This document shows, piece after piece, positions 1-9,266 of a stretch of DNA of 64,000 nt (positions within the stretch are counted from its first letter, which is position 1; every line of letters starts with the position of its first letter). The position numbers and the translations under genes were made by a program. The notes beneath the pieces are model-generated. The model did not search any database. It was not told the origin of the DNA and saw only the letters and a program-made list of their open reading frames with translations. The DNA comes from Candidatus Nomurabacteria bacterium (lineage in GTDB: Bacteria > Patescibacteriota > Minisyncoccia > Phycocordibacterales > UBA9973): positions 603-64,602 of the forward strand of contig JAHFNT010000004.1 in the NCBI GenBank assembly GCA_023267195.1, in the 5' to 3' direction.

Positions 1-1125
1 TCTCCACTCCTTGGCGATTTTGAGTTTAAGAGCAACGAGAGATCCTAGAGTCAAGAACATTAAGAGGGCTTGAGCGAGCCAGCCAACAAATGGAATGAGC
101 CACAAAACTGCATATAGCACCACTCCTAAAAGAGTAGTTTTCCAAGATATCTCAATTTCTCTCTTCGAAAAATATCTGTAGACAACACTGCCAAGTACTA
201 TCGGAGTAGCTATCCAAGCAAAGAGCATCAGAATACCAAAACCAAGCAAACCGGCTATGCCGAATGGGAAGCCTACCACTGTCACGAAAAATAGCATCGA
301 GATAGCTGGCGCCGCCACGAACACAAGTACACCTCTCGCCACTTCAAACCATGGACGCTCCGTCGCTGTATTTACCAACTCTCTGCTCCATCGGCGGAAC
401 AGCCTGCCGAGAATCAAAGCACAGACGAGCAAAGCAAACATTTTCACCGCAAAGATTCCAGAAAATATAACCTTCAGAGATTTAGCTGAAATATTTTTTG
501 TAACTCTTTGTTCAAAATCAACCTTACCTTTCACTATTGCTCCCTCTTCTTTTACTAATTCAGTTTTTGCTTTGTAAGTTAAATTGCCAGAAATTACCGC
601 CTTACTCCCGAGAGTAACTTTATCTGCTTCTATTTTCACATTGCCTCCGACGGTAGAATTCAAATAAACATTTCCCCCACCAATAGTCAGATCTCCGGCG
701 ACCGGCGCATCCAAGCGGAGAACACCAGCGCCAATGACTGCATCCCCTCCGACTCCAGCACCACTGACGGTGACTTGTCCTCCACCCAAAAGCAGATCTC
801 CCCCGACTTTTCCTGAGAGTACGACCGTACCTCCACCCGCGCGCAAATCATCGCCAACGTTTGAGAGAATCGTTACATTCCCTCCGCCGACCAAAAGATC
901 AGCACCGACATCTCCACTAATTACAACGTTGCCCCCAGCCGTGATAAGGTCGCCAAGCACGCTACCGGCACTAACCACACTCCCCCCGCCCATGTATAAA
1001 TCATTGGAAATTTTTTCATTACTCCCCACCGACGGCTGTTCCCCCGCTCGAAATTCGGCCGCCCAGGCGAGGAACGGTACAGCGAACAACACAAGAATCG
1101 CCACATATTTTAAAAATTTTTTCAT
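1..1125 (-). CDS. partial CDS (C-terminus off window): bactofilin/CcmA-like beta-helix repeat protein with signal peptide and C-terminal TM region
   Basis: ATG at 1125-1123 (minus) gives MKKFLKYVAILVLFAVPFLAWA, a signal-like N-terminus. Tandem GGGxVxxSGxVGGDL-type repeats follow, then hydrophobic C-terminal segments. I translated it by hand to the window start and met no stop. It is absent from the ORF track because it runs off the edge. The plus-strand ORFs 257..577 and 734..1147 are antisense to it. Confidence 0.5.
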   Translation of the reverse strand, partial: MKKFLKYVAILVLFAVPFLAWAAEFRAGEQPSVGSNEKISNDLYMGGGSVVSAGSVLGDLITAGGNVVISGDVGADLLVGGGNVTILSNVGDDLRAGGGTVVLSGKVGGDLLLGGGQVTVSGAGVGGDAVIGAGVLRLDAPVAGDLTIGGGNVYLNSTVGGNVKIEADKVTLGSKAVISGNLTYKAKTELVKEEGAIVKGKVDFEQRVTKNISAKSLKVIFSGIFAVKMFALLVCALILGRLFRRWSRELVNTATERPWFEVARGVLVFVAAPAISMLFFVTVVGFPFGIAGLLGFGILMLFAWIATPIVLGSVVYRYFSKREIEISWKTTLLGVVLYAVLWLIPFVGWLAQALLMFLTLGSLVALKLKIAKEWR

Positions 1126-1183
1126 AAAAATATTAAAAATTAATTGATAATAAACGCGACCAAGAGTTTACTTTCTCTATATT

Positions 1184-1624
1184 CTACTCCCGTCCATACA
1201 AACCTACAAGTGTGCTACTTTCAATAATATGCTCGTTTAAAGCACTTACAAGATCAGACTTGTTTGAATAATTTGGAATAGAAAGTTCGATATCAAGAGC
1301 ATAAAGTTTAAAATTATAATGATGAACGCCAAAAGGAGGACAAGGCGCAACCCAGCCGGGTTTGTTTAAGCTGGTGTTGCCTTCTACTGCCCCCATGGGC
1401 ATATTATTTTTATCAATAACTTTTGCCCCAGGGTCAATATTCCAAAGCACGAAGTGCACGAAATCCCCGTTCGGGGCATCCGGATCATCCACAATCAAGG
1501 CTAAACTTTTTGCGCTCTCTGGCACTTCTGAAATTTTGAGTGCGGGCAGACTGCCATGCCCATCGCAAGTGTACTCCACTGGAATTTTGCCTTCATTTGT
1601 AAAAATTTCACTCTCTAGTTTCAT
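1184..1624 (-). CDS. YbhB/YbcL family PEBP (Raf-kinase-inhibitor-like) protein
   Basis: 146 aa. Segments such as DDPDAP...HYNFKLYALD are typical of bacterial PEBP/YbhB proteins. Confidence 0.75.
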   Translation of the reverse strand: MKLESEIFTNEGKIPVEYTCDGHGSLPALKISEVPESAKSLALIVDDPDAPNGDFVHFVLWNIDPGAKVIDKNNMPMGAVEGNTSLNKPGWVAPCPPFGVHHYNFKLYALDIELSIPNYSNKSDLVSALNEHIIESSTLVGLYGRE

Positions 1625-1739
1625 AATTTAAGTATAGCATCCCCAGAACTAAAATCAGGAAATACTTTATTTGTTTTTTCCATAATTTCTGTTAAGATGA
1701 TAAAAGTTCTTTTCATAAATTAAAATGGTAAAAAACATC

Positions 1740-1815
1740 GCTCCGGGGTAGCTCAGCGGTAGAGCGGTCGCCTGTTAAGCGATTGGTCGTAGGTTCGATC
1801 CCTACCCCCGGAGCA
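1740..1815 (+). tRNA. tRNA-Asn (GTT)
   Basis: Cloverleaf readable. Acceptor gctccgg/ccggagc, D-arm gctcagcggtagagc, anticodon stem-loop gtcgc-cTGTTaa-gcgat, T-arm ggttcgatcc. CCA is not encoded. Confidence 0.85.
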
Positions 1816-1842
1816 ATGTTTTGTACTCGGTATTTATTATTT

Positions 1843-2169
1843 TTATTCTCCCTGCTGAAAGCCCCCCAAGGATAATAAATAATTCAGATGCTCACTACCC
1901 AACGGGTCTCCAGCCCGACGACAATCAAACTCATAACCAACCATAGAATTGTCGTAAATAATTTTATCCAAGCTATTGAGGACGTGAATACGCGCCTCAC
2001 CATTGTCCCCCCTATAAGGTCTTTCTTTGTATTCTCCATTTTCAATTCCACAAATAAGCTCAATCACAGCATCCTGATTTATCAAGTGTTCCTCGGTTGT
2101 GGAGCTTGTACGCCCCTCTCTTTTTCTAGCCTCATCATCAAAAAATTCACTTATATCAAAATGTTCCAT
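1843..2169 (-). CDS. hypothetical protein
   Basis: 108 aa ORF. No recognisable motif. Confidence 0.4.
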   Translation of the reverse strand: MEHFDISEFFDDEARKREGRTSSTTEEHLINQDAVIELICGIENGEYKERPYRGDNGEARIHVLNSLDKIIYDNSMVGYEFDCRRAGDPLGSEHLNYLLSLGGFQQGE

Positions 2170-2234
2170 ATTTAGATTATATTGCTGTTTTGAAAAATTG
2201 CAAAAAGAAAATAAATAAAAAATCTATAATATTT

Positions 2235-3305
2235 TTAGAAAAACTCAATGGCTTTGGATAAAACTCGGAAAAAGACGCTGATTATGGGCGACAGAATATA
2301 ATCAAGCAATTTCGGCCGATAATGTTTAATGTCAAAAATAGAGGCATCTTTTTTCCATTCATTCACTATTTCTGATAGCTTGTTGACCGCATTAGCATCT
2401 TTTAGAAAAACTCCTATTTCATTATTTAAATCAAAAGATAAAAAATCTAAATTTTGCGAGCCGACCAAGCCCTCTTTCCCGTCTATGATCATTATTTTGG
2501 CATGATTCACTTCCTTATCAATAAAAAAGTGAATCCCCAACTTGGAAAGTTTGGAGATATAAAAATAATTAACACGATCAACGATAAATATCCCGGTGTG
2601 TTTCGGCACCAATATATCCACCTGCACTCCTCGCGCGACTGCCCTTTCCAGCACTCCAATGAGCCAGTGCTTCGGCATGAAATACGGCGCCACAAGGGTG
2701 ATGTTTTTTTTCGCCCTGCCTAAATTTTCTTTATATATTCTTTTCAATCCAAAATTTTTCCTAACCGGGAAATGTTCCACCAACCAAGTACGCGTTTTGT
2801 CTCGAATAATCGGTTTATTTTGAGCGAGAATTAGCGGGTCTATCCCCCCACATTCCACATAGACCCTGGCAAAAGAACGAGTAACATGGCGAACCAGCTT
2901 TTGGCTTTTTATCTCTAAAGCCATGTCTTTCCAAAACCGAAACTCTTGGCTCAGATTTACTCCCCCGATAAATGCCCTCTCTTCATCCACGATTAAAATC
3001 TTTCGGTGGGTATGATGGATAAAACCATTTAGGAAAATCAGCTCCGCTCCACTCTCTCGCAATTTATTGATAGCGCTTTCACCCAAATCTTGGCTGCCAA
3101 AAGAATCTAAAATTATCCTAACCCGAAGCCCTTTTTCGGCTTTTTCTTTCAGGAGCATTAGAAAATCATACTGAACCATGTCATTCGTAAAAATGTACAT
3201 CTCCAAATACACGGATTCTTTGGCTTCCTGAATGGCCTCAAACATCGCCCGCCAAGCCCGCTCTGAGTTAGTGAAAAATCTATAGCGCATCCCGGTATTA
3301 TACAC
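2235..3305 (-). CDS. phospholipase D family protein (cardiolipin synthase-like, two HKD motifs)
   Basis: Two HxKxxxxD motifs: HRKILIVDEE...GGVN and HAKIMIIDGKEGLVGSQNLD. Confidence 0.8.
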   Translation of the reverse strand: MYNTGMRYRFFTNSERAWRAMFEAIQEAKESVYLEMYIFTNDMVQYDFLMLLKEKAEKGLRVRIILDSFGSQDLGESAINKLRESGAELIFLNGFIHHTHRKILIVDEERAFIGGVNLSQEFRFWKDMALEIKSQKLVRHVTRSFARVYVECGGIDPLILAQNKPIIRDKTRTWLVEHFPVRKNFGLKRIYKENLGRAKKNITLVAPYFMPKHWLIGVLERAVARGVQVDILVPKHTGIFIVDRVNYFYISKLSKLGIHFFIDKEVNHAKIMIIDGKEGLVGSQNLDFLSFDLNNEIGVFLKDANAVNKLSEIVNEWKKDASIFDIKHYRPKLLDYILSPIISVFFRVLSKAIEFF

Positions 3306-3387
3306 GATAGTTTCGGATTAAAAAATTTGCATTCTTGGCAAAATAAGATAGAATATCAGTTGTAAGTTTGGAATGTAATTAAAGTTT

Positions 3388-3463
3388 GGGCCGTTAGCTC
3401 ATCTGGTAGAGCACCTCATTTGCAATGAGGGGGTGGCAGGTTCGAGTCCTGTACGGTCCACCA
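3388..3463 (+). tRNA. tRNA-Cys (GCA)
   Basis: Acceptor gggccgt/acggtcc with a G-U pair, anticodon loop tTGCAa, T-arm ggttcgagtcc. CCA is encoded. Confidence 0.85.
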
Positions 3464-3503
3464 CAAAGTTAGTGTTTTTTTATAAACATAATTAAATAAA
3501 TTT

Positions 3504-3857
3504 ATGGGAAAAATGGATCAACCACCAAAATATGTTACTGACAAAATAGATCTAGCTAAAAAATCTGCGGAAAAAACCGCCAGTTTTGATTTAGAAAAAG
3601 AAAAAAATCTAGGTCTCGCTATTGAAGAACTCGCATTAAAATTTGCACTTGAAGATTTTGATAACAATCCTGTTTATGAATATGCGCGACAAAAAAGGCG
3701 CGCTGAACTGAAAAAGGAAATTCGAGATTTTGTGGAAAATGGAGGCTATAGGGCAATGTTACTTGAACTTCCTAAGGACAAAATAGTTTCTACTTTGAAA
3801 AAGCTGTGGGAACAAAAACTCGAAAGAGAAACCTCTAGAAAAGATCAAGCGGCCTAA
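3504..3857 (+). CDS. hypothetical Lys/Glu-rich protein
   Basis: 117 aa ORF in AT-rich background. No motif. Confidence 0.45.
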   Translation: MGKMDQPPKYVTDKIDLAKKSAEKTASFDLEKEKNLGLAIEELALKFALEDFDNNPVYEYARQKRRAELKKEIRDFVENGGYRAMLLELPKDKIVSTLKKLWEQKLERETSRKDQAA

Positions 3858-3886
3858 TATAGGGAACCCCAGGGGGCGACGAGCGC

Positions 3887-4303
3887 CTACCTGGGGCGAA
3901 ACACGAGGATCTTAGCGCCTTCCTTTTTTATGTGCGGAGTGACCCGCACCCACGCGATATCTGGGTCCTCCATTACCCAGTCGCGATCGATTTCTTGCCA
4001 GCCTATGGGCTCATCGACGCACACGAACGGCACGAAGAGCCGGCCGTCTGACGCGCGCCGTATGGAGCCATAGAGAAACACTTTGAATCTACCGAAGAGC
4101 TCTCGGAGAGCCTCGGGGTTTCGAAGCATTCCTCTACCGTCGGCCAGATTGAGTATCCGGTTCACCTTTGAAAGGTCAAAAATGGTGGGACCGGAGTTCT
4201 CTAGCTCGGGGTGAAGAGGGATCGCTCCCTCGATCGGGCAGACCGTGCTGGAAGCATAGTCTGCGTGAACGACGTATTGGTTTGGCACCAGATGCAGAGC
4301 CAT
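3887..4303 (-). CDS. hypothetical protein encoded in a GC-rich islet
   Basis: 138 aa with G/C-dominated codons, unlike the neighbours. Strong SD (AAAGGAGAGGAGC) then ATG. Upstream TTGACA -35-like box about 40 nt 5' of the start. A CCCCAGG/CCTGGGG hairpin overlaps the stop. Confidence 0.55.
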   Translation of the reverse strand: MALHLVPNQYVVHADYASSTVCPIEGAIPLHPELENSGPTIFDLSKVNRILNLADGRGMLRNPEALRELFGRFKVFLYGSIRRASDGRLFVPFVCVDEPIGWQEIDRDWVMEDPDIAWVRVTPHIKKEGAKILVFRPR

Positions 4304-4372
4304 GCTCCTCTCCTTTCTTGGAACTTTGATTAAAAGACTATTCCTTTAAAAGAGTTTGTCAAATACCACGTA

Positions 4373-4795
4373 TTAATTTATTTTTGTCGGATTTAGCCCA
4401 TTCTTCATTTCTTCTTTTCTCTCTTCCAATTCCCCTTTTATTTCTCCGGCAACCACGATTATACCATCAAGCGTTTCAATAGCTTTTTCAATTTTTTCTT
4501 CGGTAATTTCTCCGCTTTCCATCTTACCAATTTCTTCTTTTGCTTTTTCCAAACCCTCTTCTATCTGACTCATCTGTCCAAGCGCTCTCGCATAAAAAAC
4601 CTGATCGTTTTCATGAGCTAAATCTAAATAACGTTCTGTTTTTAAAAATTTTAATTTTCTATCTACCACTTCGTCTACTTTCCCAAGTAGCTTCGAATTA
4701 CTCACAACAATTTCGTCCGATTTGGCACGTAAATCTTCTAAATCGGAGTTAATTTCTCTTTTACCACTCAATTTTTTTCCGAGGCTTTCAAACAT
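4373..4795 (-). CDS. hypothetical coiled-coil protein
   Basis: 140 aa, Glu/Lys-rich heptad-like sequence. Confidence 0.45.
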   Translation of the reverse strand: MFESLGKKLSGKREINSDLEDLRAKSDEIVVSNSKLLGKVDEVVDRKLKFLKTERYLDLAHENDQVFYARALGQMSQIEEGLEKAKEEIGKMESGEITEEKIEKAIETLDGIIVVAGEIKGELEERKEEMKNGLNPTKIN

Positions 4796-4842
4796 AATTA
4801 TTTTAAATAATTAATTCTTATAATTTTGACCTCTTGTTAATT

Positions 4843-5163
4843 TCAATTCTTTTTCCCGCCATTATTTTCTCTTTGCGCACGATAAATTTGGACTAAGGCT
4901 TCTACTGGATTTCTGCCTTTAGCTGAAATTTCATCAAAATTACTATCTTCAATAGCAAGATCGGTCAAAGCTCTTTGAAGATTTTCTCCTGCCACAGGCA
5001 AACCCAACTCAGGTGCCAAGACACCAGCAGCTTCTGTGACGTGACGCGCCACAGCTTTTCTACGCAACTCCATCACCCTTTTCAGCCTTGCTGCTTCATC
5101 TACGGAAATATTGGATCTCGTTTGTTCTTTTTTACGAAAATCCATTAAATTATCTGGGATCAT
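4843..5163 (-). CDS. hypothetical protein
   Basis: 106 aa ORF directly downstream of glnA on the same strand. Confidence 0.4.
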   Translation of the reverse strand: MIPDNLMDFRKKEQTRSNISVDEAARLKRVMELRRKAVARHVTEAAGVLAPELGLPVAGENLQRALTDLAIEDSNFDEISAKGRNPVEALVQIYRAQRENNGGKKN

Positions 5164-5205
5164 GAGTTTAATTATATCTTTTTGCCAATCCCAGTCAAGG
5201 GTTCC

Positions 5206-6642
5206 CTAGAACTTATGCCACAGGACTTGATTGGTCACCTCGTGATGATAGACAACTTCAGAAGCTTTGAGGAGGGTGCCTAAGGCTTTCGGACTACGAT
5301 CAGCTGCCATTTGTTTATATTCGGCATATTTTTCCTGGTTGACTGGGTGTAAAATTTTACCGACAAAATCACTTGCCTTGAAGAGTTTGATTGCATCATT
5401 CACATTGTCCGGCAAAACACGTACTCGATCGCGTTTATCTTTGTCTTTTATAAGTGGCCTACCTTCCATTCCGGTCTTAGTAATAGTATAAAAAGCCAAA
5501 TACGGATTTGCGTCGGGGGCGACAGAACGAACTTCGATGCGAGTTGATTTCTCGTTGCCAATAGGTATGCGGATCATAGAACCACGATCAATAGGAGAAA
5601 CCTTAATCTGGTTCGGCGCCTCAAAATGCGGATCGAGGCGGCGATAAGCATTCACACTGGAATTCAAAACTAGGCAGATTTCGGAGGCATGATTTAAAAT
5701 ACGAGAAATAAAATTCCAAGCAATATCCGATAAACCATCCCTCCCCTGCTTGTTGTAGAAAATATTTTTTCCATTTTTTGAGAGAGAAAGATTGGTATGC
5801 ATGCCTGAACCATTGACCCCGATAAAAGGTTTCGGCAAGAAAGTAGCTGTCATCCCCAGATTGTTTGCCACTTGCCGGCAGACAAGTTTGTAGAGCTGGA
5901 CGTTGTCTGCGGCCCGCACCACATCCGTATAAGAAAAGTTCATTTCAAACTGCGAGGGCGCAACTTCTGGATGATCTTTTTCATTTTTGAATCCCATGGC
6001 CCTTTGAGCTTCTGCGGCCCGATCAATAAATTGGCGCAAGCGATCTAGTGGAAGCGAGTGATAATATCCGCCGGTTGAAATAAACTGGAAAGAACCAGTC
6101 TCTCCATATTTTTGTTCAGAATTTATTCCATCTACCAAAAATCCTTCCACCTCAGCTGAGGTGTGCACCGTGAGCCCGCTTTTTTTTCTGAGTTCTTCGG
6201 TGTAAAGCTTCAGCTGACTGCGAAAATCTGAAATATAAGGTTTATGCTCTCGATCGAGCACATCCACAAACATTATTACTTTCCCAGGGCCGAATATATC
6301 CGATGGCAAAAAGCGAACACTCCCCCAATCAATAGCCAAGCGCAGATCTGATTCGTGCTGTTGGCTGAACCCGCGAATAGAAGATCCATCAAAAGTTAAA
6401 TTATTAGCTGAATCAAGCAAGAACTTTTTGTCATAATCAAGCATATGGAAACGCCCTTCCAGATCTGTAAAACAAAGCGTCACCGCTTTTATTCTTTTTT
6501 CTTTTTGCAAATAGGCGCGATATTCTTTCTCAAGCATTGCTGGGCTGGTATTTTTCGCCTTTTCTTCCGCCTTTAAATTCATTACCTCAAGATCATCGTA
6601 AGGAATTTCTAAAAAGTTCTTTAGCGCTTTTTCTTTTTCCAT
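5206..6642 (-). CDS. glnA: glutamine synthetase (type I-like)
   Basis: 478 aa. FDGSSIRGF and KPFIGVNGSGMHTNLSL match GS metal/ATP-binding signatures. Confidence 0.85.
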   Translation of the reverse strand: MEKEKALKNFLEIPYDDLEVMNLKAEEKAKNTSPAMLEKEYRAYLQKEKRIKAVTLCFTDLEGRFHMLDYDKKFLLDSANNLTFDGSSIRGFSQQHESDLRLAIDWGSVRFLPSDIFGPGKVIMFVDVLDREHKPYISDFRSQLKLYTEELRKKSGLTVHTSAEVEGFLVDGINSEQKYGETGSFQFISTGGYYHSLPLDRLRQFIDRAAEAQRAMGFKNEKDHPEVAPSQFEMNFSYTDVVRAADNVQLYKLVCRQVANNLGMTATFLPKPFIGVNGSGMHTNLSLSKNGKNIFYNKQGRDGLSDIAWNFISRILNHASEICLVLNSSVNAYRRLDPHFEAPNQIKVSPIDRGSMIRIPIGNEKSTRIEVRSVAPDANPYLAFYTITKTGMEGRPLIKDKDKRDRVRVLPDNVNDAIKLFKASDFVGKILHPVNQEKYAEYKQMAADRSPKALGTLLKASEVVYHHEVTNQVLWHKF

Positions 6643-6773
6643 TATTTTTTAAATTAATCTAATAAATATTTAATATAAAAATATACTAAATTAAATTAAT
6701 TATATAATATTTAAATATAAAAATAACTGTGGATAACTTAAGAAAGACTTTTTGCTCCCCGAAATAAACAAAA

Positions 6774-6801
6774 CCCCTCCGACCTGGGTCGGAGGGGTTT
6801 T
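6774..6801. terminator. bidirectional intrinsic-terminator-like hairpin
   Basis: CCCCTCCGACC-tg-GGTCGGAGGGG, an 11 bp stem flanked by A-run and T-run. Its core 18-mer ctccgacctgggtcggag is identical to the rnpB P3 hairpin at 7241-7258. Confidence 0.55.
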
Positions 6802-6902
6802 GCGGCACATACATTGTTATTAGAAATGTGAGATCACCTCACACTCACAGGCCAAGTATAGCATACTTCAAATAAAAATGCAAGGAAACTGACTGAGGAT
6901 AG

Positions 6903-6931
6903 AAAAATCCTCTCTTGCGAGAGGATTTTTC
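6903..6931 (-). terminator. intrinsic terminator of rnpB
   Basis: Minus-strand AAAAAUCCUCUCGCAAGAGAGGAUUUUUCU, immediately 3' of the RNase P RNA P1 3' strand. Confidence 0.6.
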
Positions 6932-6937
6932 ATGTTT

Positions 6938-7280
6938 CAAGCCCTGTATCCTATAAGCCGAATTCTGTAGTTCCGACCAAGGTCGGACGATAGCAATTTG
7001 TCTAGGTCCTCAATTACTTTCGGACTCAAGCGATTCTTCCCTCGACTACGCTCGGGACTAGTCCTGAGCTTGTCGAAGGACACGATCTTGCACAGGAGTA
7101 AGTATTTAGCCGTTTCACCCCTTCGGCCGAAGCCTCAGGACTCGTCTCTGTTCGCAACTCCACATTGCTGTGGGAGGGCGTTACCCTCTACTTATTTTCG
7201 CCCTGCATAAATACAGGGTGAACTGTGTTCGGACTTTCCTCTCCGACCTGGGTCGGAGTAGCTATCAAGATACAGGACCA
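6938..7280 (-). ncRNA. rnpB: RNase P RNA, bacterial type A
   Basis: Minus-strand read shows P1 GGUCCUGUAUC paired with GAUACAGGGCU. It has the P3 hairpin CUCCGACC-CAG-GUCGGAG, the P4 5' strand AGGAAAGUCCGAAC, GGGUAACGCC, UGCGAACAGAGACGAG, GGGGUGAAACGGC and CCUAGACAAAUUGC. The P4 3' strand ACAGAAUUCGGCUUAUAGG is compensatory to GUCCGAA. These match the universally conserved M1 RNA blocks, and at about 343 nt the length is right. Confidence 0.85.
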
Positions 7281-7286
7281 ATTGCA

Positions 7287-7314
7287 ATTATACTACGAAT
7301 TTTTAATATGTAAA
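7287..7314 (-). promoter_or_regulatory. sigma70-like promoter of rnpB (TTTACA-16-TATAAT)
   Basis: Minus-strand TTTACAtattaaaaattcgtagTATAATtgcaaU followed by GGUCC, the P1 start. It overlaps the stop codon (7303-7305) of the upstream DUF192 gene. Confidence 0.6.
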
Positions 7315-7746
7315 TAGAACGCTATCCCCTAACTGTAAATTATTTTTATCCGCAAAGCCGGCCACAACCTCTAATACGTATTTTGCATTTTCATTCGGTC
7401 CGTAAGTTTCCGGATATGATTCCGGCATTGCATTTTTTTGTATATAAATAACTTTCAGGTTCTCATCAAACCAAATAATATCAATCGGAAAATTCATATC
7501 CTTCATCCAAAAAGAATACTTGCCGGGCTTTTCAAAAATAAACAGCATGCCGGTATCTTCCCCGAGTTCGCTTCTGCCACCCAAGCCCTTTTCTTTTTGT
7601 TCACTCGTTAAAGCCAACTCAACTTTTATTTCCTGATTCGCAATTTTTATATATTTGATGTTATCAAAACTTACGGCCGTCCAGAAATGATAACCGATAA
7701 AGAAAAGAATCACGAGCGCGGCAAAACCAGTTAAATAATTTTTCAT
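7303..7746 (-). CDS. DUF192 domain protein
   Basis: 147 aa. N-terminal TM, FWMKDMNFPIDIIWFD motif typical of DUF192/COG1430. Confidence 0.65.
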   Translation of the reverse strand: MKNYLTGFAALVILFFIGYHFWTAVSFDNIKYIKIANQEIKVELALTSEQKEKGLGGRSELGEDTGMLFIFEKPGKYSFWMKDMNFPIDIIWFDENLKVIYIQKNAMPESYPETYGPNENAKYVLEVVAGFADKNNLQLGDSVLFTY

Positions 7747-9134
7747 TAGTGATCTCCGTTAGTCCAGCCAAAAAGTTTCCCGATAGAATCTGGGCTTTCG
7801 CGCTTGCGAGCGACTGTGATCGTACCATCTTTGACTACAATTTTCATTGGAGCGGAGAGTAGGCAGTGGTGGGAAGAAAGTGAGTCTTGATATGCCCCAT
7901 TATCTAAAAGAGCAATCAGCTGATCTTGTCCTTCATGAAGTTTTGGTAGCAAAATATAATTTCCCCCCGCCGTGTATTTGTCATCAGAATCGCAAGTACT
8001 GCCCGCGAGCCAAACCGTCTTGAGCGAACCTTGCATATTGTTTACTGGGATGGTGTGCCATTTTTGGTGTATCGTCCAAGTATCTTTCAGATCATTGATA
8101 AAACTGCCGTCTATAATGTACCAGGCTTTGGCGTTGGCTTTGGGTATGGATTTTTCAGAAATTACTTTATAGATGGTTATTTGCGCCGGATCAACGATGT
8201 ACCACCCCCATTCTACTATCAAATTAGGATGTTTAATCCCCGCCTTGTCGGATAGATTTTTTAATAATTTTATTATGTTACTGGAAACAACTTTAGCGGT
8301 ATAAAACTTCTTCTTTTCATGCAGAATGCCGAATCCCCCGCCGATGTCTAGCGTGTCCAAGTTGGGATGGATCTTTTGCAACTGAGTATAAATACCAAAC
8401 CCATGCTTCACTGCTTCCAAGATGCTTTTCTGTGTTTTGATCTGAGAGCCCATGTGATAATGCATGACTTTAAGATTTTTCATTTTGGGCAAATCAAAGA
8501 CGTCTTTCTCGGGTATGCCAAAACGATCAAACTTTTTATCCCAATGGGTGTCAGCCTTGATGGATAAATCTACACGTATCCCTATATCTCCTTTATATTT
8601 AGATAATCTCTCTATCTCGTCTAAACTTTCTATAATAGGAACAATGGTCATGCCTTTGGCGCGCAATTCTTCTATCAAATCCAAGTATTGATCTGTTTTC
8701 GGTCCATTGCAAAGCACGCGGATTTTGCTGTTGAATTTTTCTCCTTCCCAGAGCTTTTTCACAATCCAAAGCTCGTTCCCAGAAGTTACTTCCAAATTTG
8801 CTCCTTCGGATAAAAGTGGCAAAATAAATTCCTTATTTTGGTTTACCTTCATCGGATAGTGATAAAAGAATTTGCCTTTATAATTGTAAATTTTAATATA
8901 TGCCTGAAAATAGCCCAGCAAGTCCTTCAGCCTGTCTTCTAGCACAAAAGGGAAAATAATCTGGAGTGGTGTGCCGTACTTATGCGCGAGATCATTGATA
9001 TTATAAATGTGGTTGCCTTCTATGGCTGTAAGTTCGCCGTCCTTGCTGACGCCGAAAAACTGAGTATTAAATTCATCTGCTCCTAGCTTCCAAAACTTTT
9101 TCCAATTCTTTCCAGATTTTTTTGTTTTTTTCAC
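7746..9134 (-). CDS. PLP-dependent Orn/Arg/DAP decarboxylase family protein (biosynthetic arginine decarboxylase-like)
   Basis: 462 aa. HYHMGSQ, DIGGGFG and CDSDD motifs of fold-type III decarboxylases. The N-terminus resembles SpeA. Confidence 0.65.
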   Translation of the reverse strand: MKKTKKSGKNWKKFWKLGADEFNTQFFGVSKDGELTAIEGNHIYNINDLAHKYGTPLQIIFPFVLEDRLKDLLGYFQAYIKIYNYKGKFFYHYPMKVNQNKEFILPLLSEGANLEVTSGNELWIVKKLWEGEKFNSKIRVLCNGPKTDQYLDLIEELRAKGMTIVPIIESLDEIERLSKYKGDIGIRVDLSIKADTHWDKKFDRFGIPEKDVFDLPKMKNLKVMHYHMGSQIKTQKSILEAVKHGFGIYTQLQKIHPNLDTLDIGGGFGILHEKKKFYTAKVVSSNIIKLLKNLSDKAGIKHPNLIVEWGWYIVDPAQITIYKVISEKSIPKANAKAWYIIDGSFINDLKDTWTIHQKWHTIPVNNMQGSLKTVWLAGSTCDSDDKYTAGGNYILLPKLHEGQDQLIALLDNGAYQDSLSSHHCLLSAPMKIVVKDGTITVARKRESPDSIGKLFGWTNGDH

Positions 9135-9204
9135 TTCCTTAATTTTAAGTTAAATTAAAAATTATTATAGCAACTAGTCAAAAAATTGCAATAGATTTTC
9201 CTCC

Positions 9205-9262
9205 ATAAACAGAGAAGCCCACCCGAGACGGAGAGGGTGAGCCTCTCGCGCCCCGGGTGGGC
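9205..9262 (-). terminator. intrinsic terminator after small ORF A
   Basis: GCCCACCCG...CGGGTGGGC stem enclosing a GAGAGG/CCTCTC sub-hairpin, followed on the minus strand by UUCUCUGUUUAU. Confidence 0.5.
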
Positions 9263-9266
9263 GATG

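Noticed and set aside
257-1147. Plus-strand ORFs 257..577 and 734..1147 (Pro/Thr/Ser-rich)
   Set aside because: Antisense to the repeat-rich bactofilin-like gene. Low-complexity translation of the complementary Gly-repeat codons.
6998-7210. 70-aa ORF inside the GC-rich block
   Set aside because: The region is RNase P RNA on the opposite strand.
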